Positions 9,341 to 19,478 of a stretch of DNA of 64,000 bases are shown here, piece by piece. The notes under the pieces are model-generated. The model worked only from the letters and a program-made list of their open reading frames with translations. It did not search any database and was not told where the DNA came from. This DNA comes from Atribacterota bacterium (GTDB lineage Bacteria > Atribacterota > Phoenicimicrobiia > Phoenicimicrobiales > Stramentimicrobiaceae). The translations under genes and the position numbers were made by a program. Every line of letters starts with the position of its first letter. The first letter of the stretch is position 1. The DNA lies in the NCBI GenBank assembly GCA_040767965.1, contig JAXGNR010000006.1, forward strand, positions 64,001-128,000, given 5' to 3'.

Positions 9341-11770
9341 ATGAAAAAGAATAAATATATTTGCATTCACGGGCACTTTTATCAACCTCCAAGGGAAAAT
9401 CCCTGGCTTGAAGATATCGAACTGCAGGACTCAGCTTACCCCTTCCATGACTGGAATGAAAGAATATCAGAGGAGTGTTACAAAACGAATACTGCCTCTC
9501 GTATTCTGGATAAGGAGGGCGATATAGTTAGAATCATCAATAATTATACCAGTATCAGTTTTAATTTTGGCCCAACTTTACTCTCCTGGATGAAAAAACA
9601 TCAACCGGAAATATATCAGGCAATCCTGGATGCAGACAAAGCAAGTCAGGAAAAATTCAATGGACATGGATCAGCAATTGCCCAGGCTTATAATCATATG
9701 ATTATGCCTCTGGCCAATGAAAAAGACAAATATACGCAGGTATACTGGGGAATAAAAGATTTTCAGCATCGTTTCGGACGTTATCCGGAAGGAATGTGGC
9801 TTCCTGAAACAGCAGTAAACTATAAAACCCTGGAAACCCTGGCTGAATTAAACATCAAATATACCATTCTGGCACCTCATCAGGCAGCAAAAGTGAAAAA
9901 AATAAATGAAGATACTCAATGGCAAGAAGTAAAAGAAGCCAATATAAATTTCAGACAACCATATTTATGTAATCTGTCATCAGGTAAATCAATTAATATT
10001 TTTTTTTATAACGGAGCTCTGGCTCATGAAGTAAGTTTCGGAGGTCTATTACGTGACGGCAAAAAATTTGCCGATAAACTGTTAAGTAATTTTTCCCATG
10101 ATGAACAGAAACCTGAAATAGTGCATATAGCTACAGACGGAGAAACATTTGGGCATCATCATCGCTTTGGAGATATGGCCCTATCTTTCTGTTTAAATCA
10201 TATTGAAGAAAATAAACTGGCCAAAATCACCAATTATGGAGAATTTCTGGAACTGCATCCGCCGGTTTACGAAGTACAAATTGCTGATAATACTTCCTGG
10301 AGCTGTGTCCATGGTATTGAGCGCTGGAGAAATGACTGTGGTTGTCACACTGGCATGAATACCAATTGGCATCAAAAATGGAGAAAACCATTGCGGGAAA
10401 CCATGGACTGGTTAAGAGACAAATCAATCAGTATTTTCGAAAAAGGTGCTTCCGCCTACTTTCAAGATGTATGGCAGGCAAGAAATGAATACATAAAAAT
10501 ATTATTAAGCCGAACAGATGAAAATCTTGATAGTTTTTTCAACCAATTTACCAGTCACCCTCTTGAACATGAAGAAAAAATTAATGCATTAAAGTATCTG
10601 GAAATGCAAAGGAATGCTATGTTGATGTATACCAGCTGCGGCTGGTTTTTTGATGAAATTTCAGGAATTGAAACAACCCAGGTTATGCATTATTCAGCAC
10701 GCTGCATGCAATTAGTTAAAGAATTGTATGCTCTTGATTTGGAACCAGAATATGTAGAAAGAATAAGTCAAGCTTCCAGCAATGTTCGTAAATATGAAAA
10801 TGGGGCTAAAATATATGAAAAAATAATATACCCGGCAAAAATTGATTTATTAAGAGTTGGCGCTCATTATGCTGTTTCAACTTTATTTAACGGAAAACAA
10901 AAAAATATATATTCTTACCAGATCCTGGAAGCTGATATAAAGCGTTGTGAAAATGGACAATTAAAATTAGCCATAGGCCAAGCGATTATCAAATCTGACA
11001 TTACTATGGAACAGGACAAAATCAGCTTTGCCGTTCTTCATTTAGGAGATCATAATGTAAACGGGGGAGTGAGGCGTTATCAGGATGAACAAACTTATCA
11101 AAGCATGGTTCAAGAAATAAAAACAGGGTTCAGCCAGGCTAATGTAGTAGATATTATTCGATTAATGGATAAATATTTTGAAACTAACAGTTATTCTTTA
11201 TGGTATCTGTTCAAGGATGAACAAAGAAAAGTTATTCAGAAAATAATGCTTCCTAATAAAGAAAAAGCTGAAAGAAATATAAAACAAATATATATGGAAA
11301 ATTATTCAATAATGAATTTTTTAAAGCAATTAAATATCCCTATTCCTCAATCATTGTTAATTATTACACAACAAGCCATCAACCTTGAATTAAATAATAT
11401 TTTTCTTGAAACCTATATTGACCTGGAAAGATTGGAAAGCCTGATAGAAGAAATTCAAGGCTGGTCTATTAAATTAGATAAAAATACACTGGCATTTAAT
11501 ATTGAAAGATGGATTAATGATTCAATAGCAAATTTACAAGCTCAATATAGTAATGTTGAATATATCCAATCTATAACTGCTACTGTCAATATGCTGGAAA
11601 AATTAGAAATTGCCTTCTTCCCATGGAAAGCTCAAAATATTTACTTTCAGATGAAACAAGAATTAATCCCTGTGTTTCAGGAAAAAGTCAGTCAGAGAGA
11701 TGAAAATGCCAGTTTATGGCTGGAAGAATTCAAAAAACTGGGAGTAATGCTCAATGTAGGAGTATACTGA
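9341..11770 (+). CDS. GH57 glycoside hydrolase with DUF3536 domain
   Basis: IHGHFYQPPRENPW, GMWLPETAV, ATDGETFGHH, SWSCVHGIERW, MYTSCGWFFDE. Confidence 0.9.
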   Translation: MKKNKYICIHGHFYQPPRENPWLEDIELQDSAYPFHDWNERISEECYKTNTASRILDKEGDIVRIINNYTSISFNFGPTLLSWMKKHQPEIYQAILDADKASQEKFNGHGSAIAQAYNHMIMPLANEKDKYTQVYWGIKDFQHRFGRYPEGMWLPETAVNYKTLETLAELNIKYTILAPHQAAKVKKINEDTQWQEVKEANINFRQPYLCNLSSGKSINIFFYNGALAHEVSFGGLLRDGKKFADKLLSNFSHDEQKPEIVHIATDGETFGHHHRFGDMALSFCLNHIEENKLAKITNYGEFLELHPPVYEVQIADNTSWSCVHGIERWRNDCGCHTGMNTNWHQKWRKPLRETMDWLRDKSISIFEKGASAYFQDVWQARNEYIKILLSRTDENLDSFFNQFTSHPLEHEEKINALKYLEMQRNAMLMYTSCGWFFDEISGIETTQVMHYSARCMQLVKELYALDLEPEYVERISQASSNVRKYENGAKIYEKIIYPAKIDLLRVGAHYAVSTLFNGKQKNIYSYQILEADIKRCENGQLKLAIGQAIIKSDITMEQDKISFAVLHLGDHNVNGGVRRYQDEQTYQSMVQEIKTGFSQANVVDIIRLMDKYFETNSYSLWYLFKDEQRKVIQKIMLPNKEKAERNIKQIYMENYSIMNFLKQLNIPIPQSLLIITQQAINLELNNIFLETYIDLERLESLIEEIQGWSIKLDKNTLAFNIERWINDSIANLQAQYSNVEYIQSITATVNMLEKLEIAFFPWKAQNIYFQMKQELIPVFQEKVSQRDENASLWLEEFKKLGVMLNVGVY

Positions 11771-11883
11771 TGAAAATTCCTTTGCTGAGTTACTATTCTC
11801 AATTTAATTCTTTTATTAGATTTAAAAAAATAAAAAACTTAAAAAAACATTATTGCATTTTGGAATACAAAATTCAATATTAA
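11770..11883 (+). pseudogene. Vestigial N-terminus of malto-oligosyltrehalose synthase (TreY-like)
   Basis: ATG overlaps the GH57 stop (TGATG). It reads MKIPLLSYYSQFNSFIRF..., resembling the TreY start MxIPxATYRLQFNxxFxF; 37 aa. Confidence 0.5.
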
Positions 11884-11899
11884 CAAAAGGGGCTTTAAA

Positions 11900-13423
11900 T
11901 TGAACAATTATCGCAGTAGCGGGGTATTATTGCATATTTCCTCTTTGCCTTCCAGGTTTGGCATCGGAGATCTGGGGCCAACAGCATATTATTTTGCAGA
12001 ACTTCTAAAGCAAAATAAACAACATTTCTGGCAAATATTGCCTTTAAATCCCACAGAATTAAAACATGGAAATTCACCTTATTACTCTTATTCAGCATTT
12101 GCAGGAAATCCGATTCTCATCAGCCCGGAGTTGCTCAATCAGGATGGGTTGCTCTCTAAAAATGATTTAGAAAACTTATATCTTCCAGAGAAAACCCATA
12201 TCAATTTTCCCGACATCTACCCTTTAAAAGAAAAAATGCTTGTTAGGGCATGTGAAATATTCATAAGAGAAAACAAATTTCAAGATGAATTTGATAGTTT
12301 TTGCCGAAAACAAGCCTTTTGGCTGGATGACTACGCTCTTTTTAAGGTGATTTATAATCAGTTTCCTGCTTTAAAATGGAATGAATGGCCAGAAGAGATA
12401 AAGAATGGCAGAAAAAAAACCCTAAAATCATTAACTATAAAAATGGAAATAGGGATTAAAAAACAGAAGATTATTCAGTTCTTATTTTACCGGCAATGGG
12501 GTAATTTTAAAAAATATTGCAGAGTAAATAAAATTAAGATAATTGGAGATATGCCTATTTATATTACCCATCACAGTGCAGATGTCTGGTCTAATCCTGA
12601 ACTATTCAAATTAGATAAAAACAGAAATCCCTCTTTTGTTGCTGGAGTGCCTCCTGATTATTTCAGCAAAACAGGACAGTTATGGGGAAACCCGGTTTAT
12701 AAGTGGCCTGCGCATCGCAAGCAGGATTTTATCTGGTGGAAAAACAGAATTAACCATAACTTATCAATGGTAGATTTTTTACGAATTGATCATTTCCGAG
12801 GATTGACAGCATATTGGGAAATTCCGGCAGTTGAAAAAAATGCAATTAAAGGAAAATGGGTACCCGGAGGTGGAATTACCTTCTTTAAAATGTTAAAAAA
12901 GAATTACCCGAATTTGCCTTTTATTGCTGAAGATTTAGGAATAATTACCGAAGATGTAGTAAAAATCATTCAAAAATTAGGACTTCCAGGGATGCGGGTA
13001 TTGCAGTTTGGTTTTGATGAAAATAATTTTCCCCATAATATCCACCTTCCTCATAATTACATAAAAAATTGTATAGTTTATACCGGGACTCATGATAATA
13101 ACACTATTCAAGGATGGATACAAAATGAATTAACTGCGATACAACAAAATTTGCTTAAAAAATATTTGGGAATAGATTTTCAGTTGAAAAATGTTCATTG
13201 GGAATTGATTAGATTGGCTCTGGCATCTGTGGCACAATTAGCAATTATGCCTGTTCAAGATATTCTCGGGTTAGGATCTGAAACCAGGATGAACTTCCCT
13301 TCTCATACCGATTGCAACTGGCAATGGCGGTTAACAAATAAAAATATGCTAAATATCAAAGAAAATGCCCTTCCAAAACTAAATAAACTAGTAAAAACTT
13401 ATGGAAGAGACAAAGTAGATTGA
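11900..13423 (+). CDS. malQ: 4-alpha-glucanotransferase (GH77)
   Basis: RSSGVLLHISSLP, GVPPDYFSKTGQLWGNP, RIDHFRG, IAEDLG, YTGTHDNNT. Confidence 0.95.
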   Translation: MNNYRSSGVLLHISSLPSRFGIGDLGPTAYYFAELLKQNKQHFWQILPLNPTELKHGNSPYYSYSAFAGNPILISPELLNQDGLLSKNDLENLYLPEKTHINFPDIYPLKEKMLVRACEIFIRENKFQDEFDSFCRKQAFWLDDYALFKVIYNQFPALKWNEWPEEIKNGRKKTLKSLTIKMEIGIKKQKIIQFLFYRQWGNFKKYCRVNKIKIIGDMPIYITHHSADVWSNPELFKLDKNRNPSFVAGVPPDYFSKTGQLWGNPVYKWPAHRKQDFIWWKNRINHNLSMVDFLRIDHFRGLTAYWEIPAVEKNAIKGKWVPGGGITFFKMLKKNYPNLPFIAEDLGIITEDVVKIIQKLGLPGMRVLQFGFDENNFPHNIHLPHNYIKNCIVYTGTHDNNTIQGWIQNELTAIQQNLLKKYLGIDFQLKNVHWELIRLALASVAQLAIMPVQDILGLGSETRMNFPSHTDCNWQWRLTNKNMLNIKENALPKLNKLVKTYGRDKVD

Positions 13424-13491
13424 AAATTATCTTATACTTATTGTGTCAGACTCTTTAAATTATATTAATTAAACTATAATATTTGATTTAC

Positions 13492-13506
13492 GATAATAGG
13501 TATCAA
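13492..13506. promoter_or_regulatory. Weak Fur-box-like site upstream of sufC
   Basis: GATAATAGGTATCAA resembles GATAATnATTATC and the two other boxes in this window. Confidence 0.35.
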
Positions 13507-13610
13507 AGAGAAGATAGTAGTAGAAATATTTTAAGATATTTTGATATCATACATATTTATGGAATATTGAATAAAAAATACTTTAAAATGCCTTAGAAAG
13601 CTGTGGTAAA

Positions 13611-14357
13611 ATGAAAAATTTATTAGAAATTAAAGACTTATCTCTATCTCTTAACGGGAAACTTATTTTAAAAAATATAAACATGGAAATCTGGCAAGGT
13701 TATGTTCATGCAATTGTAGGCCCAAATGGCGCTGGAAAATCAACTTTGGCCTCTACCATCATGGGCTTGGAAGGATATCGGCAGTATACAGGTAATATTT
13801 ATTTTAAGGGACAGAATATTAGTAATCTTACTATCGATGAGCGCGCACGCCTGGGAATTACTTTTGGCTGGCAAGAACCAGCACGCTATGAAGGATTATT
13901 GATTAAAGATTTCTTGAAAGCAGCTGCGAGAGATAAAAATAGTAACTTTATATTTGAACAATTAGAAAAGTTGGGCTGAACTCCAAAGAATATGCCAATA
14001 GGGCAGTTGATAAAACTTTTAAGTGGCGGGGAAAGGAAAAAAGTTGAATTAGCTTCAATCCTGGTAATGGATCCTGATTTAGTATTGTTAGATGAACCGG
14101 ATTCCGGAATAGACGTGGAAACTCTCGACAAGATGTTTGAAGTTATTAAGGAGCAGAAAAAAAAGAAAAAAACTATTGTTCTGATTACTCATAGTCTTGC
14201 AGTACTGAAACAAGCAGATCATGCTTTTATGCTTTGTAATGGAGTAATATTACAAAAAGATAAAGTGGCTAACATAATCCCTTATTTTAAAAATAAATGT
14301 ATTCCCTGTGAACATAAAAATATTCCAAGTCCCAGTTATGAAGGAGTTACAGCTTGA
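13611..14357 (+). pseudogene. sufC: SufC/SmsC-type ATPase with two compensating frameshifts
   Basis: GPNGAGKST, LSGGERKK, DEPDSGID, C-terminal CIPC. Adding one A near 13969 and removing one T near 14020 restores 'EKVGLNSKEYANRAVDKTLSGGE'. Confidence 0.85.
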
Positions 14358-15287
14358 ATAATACAATTCTTACAAAACAACTTTCCCATGCAACAGATAC
14401 CGAAGATATCTTTAGCAGATCTGATATTGCTCACATCTTTATTCATCATCATAAAGTAATCCAATCTCATTTATTACCTGGATTAAAAGTTGATGTTAAA
14501 GAACTTGGAGACCATATAGAAATAAAAACCATTGTAGAAAAAAATGTACAAATTGAAAAACCAGTCCATATGTGCTTTGGTATGATTCCGGAAAATGGAA
14601 TCCAAAAAATGGTAATAAATACAGAAATACAGGAAAACGCTTCAGCCTCCTTCCTTGCACATTGCGCTTTCCCAAATGCAGTTGACATTCAACATATCAT
14701 GGATGGCAATATCAGAATAGGCAAAAATGCCTCTTTTAAATATCTGGAAAAACATACTCACGGACTCCATGGAGGAGTGAAGGTTTACCCTCATGCTACT
14801 ATTTTTCTTGATTATAATGCCCATTATTATTCCGAGTTTGAATTACTTAAAGGAGCGGGCAGGTGTTATTGATATTAATTACGAAGCAACATGTGAAGCA
14901 GGAAGTGTCTTAGAAATGATATCAAGAATTAGCGGTAAAGAAAACGATCTTATAAATATTAAAGAAATTGGCCACCTGATTGGTGAAAAAGCTCGTGGAT
15001 TGCTAATTTCAAAAGTAGCAGCCACCGGAAATACAAAGGTAGAAGTTTATAATAAACTAACAGCTTCTGCTGCTTATGCCAGAGGACATGTAGACTGCAC
15101 GGAAATAATTAAAGATAATGGTATAGTTAGTGCAATCCCTGTTGTTGAGGTAAGCCATCCAAAAGCACATATAACACATGAAGCAGCTTTGGGCAGTGTT
15201 GATTCCAAACAATTACAAACCTTAATGGCAAGAGGTTTAGATGAAAATATGGCTACTGATCTGATTATTCAAGGTTTATTAAGTTAA
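14354..15287 (+). pseudogene. SufB/SufD-family (SmsB-like) scaffold, frameshifted
   Basis: PVHMCFG, AHCAFPNA, ARGHVDCTEI, HEAALGSVD...LMARGL. One extra base near 14855 splits it into two ORFs. Confidence 0.85.
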
Positions 15288-15327
15288 CTTTATTAAATAG
15301 ATTGTATTTTCGTTAGGAGTGTTTTAA

Positions 15328-15882
15328 ATGAAAAATAAGAATACATTCCTGGGAATAGCATTAATAATCATTGGAATTGCCTGGACTTTGTCTAATTTAT
15401 ATATTATTAATGGACATTGGGTACTCCCTTTTATTGGTATTATACTCCTCATAATTTATCAATATCGAGGAGGAACACAACAAAAAGAGACAATAGGGTT
15501 TTTGATTGCCGGATGTATCATATTTATGATAGGTATTTTCGCAGCTATCAATGATCTTTTTTACCTGGGATTCCTGGAAGGTCCCCTCTTCTTCTTTTTT
15601 CTTGGAGCTGCTTTCTTACCGGTTTATGCCTTGCACACTCGTCATTTTCCCCAAAAAGAATCAGGAAAACATAATTGGCCTATTTATACCGGATTTATTC
15701 TAATAGCTTTTGGCTTGTTTATTCTTCTAGTTGAAACATTTAAAATACCGGAAGTACAAAATTTATCGCTACTCTGGCCTGTAGTCTTGATTCTGCTGGG
15801 TTTATATATTATATTTGGAAAAGTAAAGAAAAATAAAATTTGTTATTATTGTTGTCATAATCTAAACCACTACTTTGAATAA
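15328..15882 (+). CDS. Membrane protein, LiaF/DUF5668-like
   Basis: Several TM helices; 'GIALIIIG' and 'LWPVVLILLG'; adjacent to a PspC gene. Confidence 0.55.
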   Translation: MKNKNTFLGIALIIIGIAWTLSNLYIINGHWVLPFIGIILLIIYQYRGGTQQKETIGFLIAGCIIFMIGIFAAINDLFYLGFLEGPLFFFFLGAAFLPVYALHTRHFPQKESGKHNWPIYTGFILIAFGLFILLVETFKIPEVQNLSLLWPVVLILLGLYIIFGKVKKNKICYYCCHNLNHYFE

Positions 15883-15923
15883 ATAAATTTAATAATATAA
15901 GTTTGTAATTAGAGGGTAATAAG

Positions 15924-16184
15924 ATGAAAAAAATCTATAGGTCAAGAAAAGACAGTAAAATTGCTGGAGTATGTGGTGGGATCGCTGAATATTTTAAAGT
16001 TGACCCCACCATCATAAGGCTTTTAGCTGTACTGACAGTTTTCTTTGGAGGCGGAGGAATCGTTGCCTATATAATTGCCTGGATTATCATTCCCCTGGAG
16101 CCTTTAGAAGAAAACACTTCTAGTTTTAAAAAAACTGAAAACACAGTTGATGCTGAAATTATTGATGATGAAGAACAAAAATAA
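15924..16184 (+). CDS. PspC domain protein
   Basis: [28 protein letters not shown]...YIIAWIIIP. Confidence 0.9.
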   Translation: MKKIYRSRKDSKIAGVCGGIAEYFKVDPTIIRLLAVLTVFFGGGGIVAYIIAWIIIPLEPLEENTSSFKKTENTVDAEIIDDEEQK

Positions 16185-16186
16185 AC

Positions 16187-17387
16187 TTATTTATTTTTGT
16201 CTAGAACATATTGGGCCAATACTGCAATACCATACGGTAAGGCATCATCATCAAAATTAAATCTATTGCTATGACCAGGCATCACTTTATTTCCAGGAGC
16301 GGTAACACCCAGTCTCAACATAGCTGATTTAGAAACTTTTTCCATAAAGAAAGAAAAATCTTCTGAGCCCATTCTGGGAGTTGGCAATTCAACTATATAG
16401 CCCTCTCCTAAAGCTTTGTTAGCTGCATCAGTTAACTCTTTTATCGTATCAGGATGGTTTACGGTACTGGGAACACCGAAGATATAATCAAATTCATAAT
16501 TACACCCAAAAGCTTTAGAAATATTTTTAATGATTTTTTCCATTTTTGCTCCTACTTCTTCTCTCACTTTGGGATTATGACATCTTACAGTACCTTGTAA
16601 GAGTTATTTCTTCTGGAATAATATTAAAAGCAGTTCCTCCATGTATAGTACACACAGAGATTACTATACTATCAAAAGCATTTATCTGTCTGCTAACTAT
16701 TCCCTGTAAAGCAACTACTAACTGTGAGGCAGTTAAAACAACATCATTTGTTTGATGAGGTAGTGCACCATGACCTCCATTTCCGGTGATTTTAATATTG
16801 AATTTATCTCCAGAAGCATGAAATGTACCAATCCAGGTGCCTATTTTCCCTGTGTCCAAATAAGGATCTGCATGCAAAGAAACTATATTATCCACTTCCG
16901 GATTTTCTAACACTCCTGCTTCTACCATTACTTTTGCTCCAGTTAGTATTTCCTCAGCTGGTTGAAATACAAACTTTACAATACCAGAAAACTGATCCTT
17001 CATTGAACTTAACAGCTTGGCTATTCCCAACAATATGGCAGTATGTCCATCATGGCCACATGCATGCATAACACCTTTGTGAACAGATTTATAAGGAATG
17101 TCATTTATTTCCTCTATCGGGAGTGCATCTATATCTGCTCTAATTGCTGTTACCACAGGAGAACCTTTTTTATTTCCTTTTAGAACTCCTAAAACGCCAG
17201 TCTCCATATCAATAGGGACAATTTCTACTCCAAAACTTTCCAGTTCTTTTTTTATAAGTTCAGCAGTTTTATATTCTTTCATTCCAAGTTCTGGATGCTG
17301 ATGAAGTTCTCTGCGTATTTTTGTCGAATAATCCTTTAATTCTATTGCTTTTTGAAAAATATCATTTCCCAATTGAAACTCCTCCAA
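16187..17387 (-). pseudogene. M20D amidohydrolase with a single frameshift
   Basis: HQHPELG, RADIDALP, MHACGHDGH, FQPAEE, GGHG, SEDFS. An extra base near 16596 breaks 'LTGTVR'. Confidence 0.88.
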
Positions 17388-17508
17388 TCTTTTTTATAAA
17401 TATTTTTTATTAAATAATATATTTTTTTATTATAGCTTAATTTAGTTATTATTAAAAGAATATCTTCTTTTTATGGTTTATATGCTTTTTAAAAAAATAT
17501 ATTCCCCT

Positions 17509-19215
17509 GTTAGTGTAAAATTTACTGGGGTACTTAAAGATACTTTAAACTTGCTTACTAACATAAAAAGGTGTAGACTTACCTAAATACCCATCAAGAA
17601 GTATCCTTTAAATAAAGGAGGTAAGACTACACCTATGGATATTGATATGATAACCATAACTTTTCCCCAAGTCCGAGTAGAAATTCCAATAAAGGATCTC
17701 ACCTTTGACACTCTAGAAGACATGATCTTTGACATGATGCAAAAATTGCCCAGATGGTCTTTACCAAAGTGCTCTCTGATATTGATGACTACCTGCGCAA
17801 GAACAGAAGACGTGGAAAACTGAAAAATACCGGTAAAAGAAGCAAAACCTTCTTAACCCGTTTTGGTGATGTCTCCTTTTTCCCGCACCCGTTACCTTGA
17901 GAAGACCGGTAAAGCCCAATACCTGTTGGATGAGGCTCTTTCTACCATCAAAAACCAGCGGATCAGCCTTTCCCGTGCCATGACCGAGTGTTTACTTGCC
18001 AGCTTATCTTCCTACCCGCGGGAAGTGGTAGGCCAAACCAAGCTTTACTGGGTCATACCCGCAGCCATGAGTCTATACGCAAAAACGTACTATACAGGCT
18101 AGGCTGATCATCGAACATGAAAAAAGAGACTACAGCAGCTGGAGGAATCTGGATATTTCCGCAAAAGAAGCACCGGATGTTGTCTATACCGAAGCTGATG
18201 CCACCTATCTCAAACTACAGAAACCGGAAAAAGACAAAAAGCTGGAAGTCAAAATCGGGATCGGTTATTGTGGTAAGGAAAAATCGTTATTCCAGCGGTA
18301 ATTCCCAAAGACTGAAAGAAAAGTTCCTCTACCTGGGTACCGGCAAGAATTTTATGTATAACTTTAGCCTAAGAGCAGAAGAACTAAACATCTCCCAATC
18401 TAAAAAGCAGTACTTCAGGGCAGACGGAGACAAGTGGATCACCTCGGAATCCGTGACTACTTCCCTTCTGCCACTTATCTGCTTTGCCGTTTTCACCTGA
18501 ACAAACGCCTCGAGAGCTCTTCCGGGCAATAAGACCCAGCAGAAGCTGATCAAGAAGCTTACTTTTATCCGAGCCGGATTGATGAAGCCCTAGCCAGGAT
18601 TGACAATCTCTTGGTAGTCTCTTCTGAGCCAAAACAGAAAAAGCTTTTGGCAGACTTTACTCCTATATAGCGAACAACCGCCAGGGGATCAATCAGGCAA
18701 CTCTAAAGGACAAGGACATCGCCAAAACAGGAGCGATTGAGTCAATGTCAAACTGGCCATTGCTAACCGCTTTAAAAAGCGGGGCAGAAGCTGGAGCAAA
18801 AAGGAGCATTCTCTTTACTGAAGGTAAAAAAACCATTCAATGGCAAGTGGGGATTCCTGGTGGGGCAAAGAACCATCCTATCAAGATAACACCACTTAAA
18901 CCACCCTTATCAGCATCTTCTTTTACCAAAGAAGTTTCTTCTTCCCAGTAATCCAGGCTAAGATCCCGGCCTTGGATGGACCGAATCGGGATAAACCCTG
19001 GGTAGGTGTTTAAAGTAATACCAATTAGAGCTTGTGTAATTAAATGAAAAAATTTAAAAAAGCATATTTCGTATTTATGACTGTAAATTAAATAAAAGAA
19101 GGGTATTTGATGTGTATTAAAACTAATATAGTCTTTTCAAATCTGTAGGTAGCTCTGCCTTAAACCATAAACATTTTGGCAGTGGAAAAAGTACCTACAA
19201 GAATTTGACACAGAC
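17509..19215 (+). mobile_element. ISLre2-family-like IS with decayed transposase
   Basis: Imperfect IRs GTTAGTGTAAAATT and AATTTGACACAGAC. 9-bp target duplication TATTCCCCT at 17500-17508 and 19216-19224. Higher GC. Transposase fragments TRFGDV..RTRY, YTEADA, ADGDKWI, CRFHLNKR, GAIES, RFKKRGRSWS, with many frameshifts. Confidence 0.85.
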
Positions 19216-19231
19216 TATTCCCCTGAAAGAC

Positions 19232-19259
19232 TTGACATTATAATTAACAATGTTATAAT
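19232..19259 (+). promoter_or_regulatory. Consensus sigma70/sigmaA promoter
   Basis: TTGACA (19232-37), 16-bp spacer, TG-n-TATAAT (19254-59). Confidence 0.75.
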
Positions 19260-19264
19260 ACTAT

Positions 19265-19354
19265 CTGGTTTGATGAAAATAAACCATTAAATATTCTTTT
19301 CATTTTTATACCTCCTTTCAAACCCGCTTTGTTTTAAAACAAAGCGGGTTTTTT
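19265..19354 (+). ncRNA. Candidate ~90-nt sRNA with anti-Shine-Dalgarno motif
   Basis: Lies between a consensus promoter and an intrinsic terminator. Has a 5' hairpin TGGTTT...AAACCA followed by TTTTCATTTTTATACCTCCTTT. No convincing + strand CDS. Confidence 0.55.
19320..19354 (+). terminator. Intrinsic terminator
   Basis: AAACCCGCTTTGTTTT/AAAACAAAGCGGGTTT palindrome followed by a T-run. Confidence 0.8.
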
Positions 19355-19478
19355 AATTTCAATTAAAATCAAACGTATCTATGGAAAGTTTTTCTTAAAT
19401 TGTTGGAAATAATTTGATGATAAAAAATAAAATTATTATATGAAGATATTTTATAGGATATTCTAAAGAAAATTATTT

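Noticed and set aside
13977-13979. In-frame TGA in sufC as selenocysteine
   Set aside because: Two compensating indels restore the family sequence (VGLN...VDKTLSGGE), so the TGA lies in the shifted frame.
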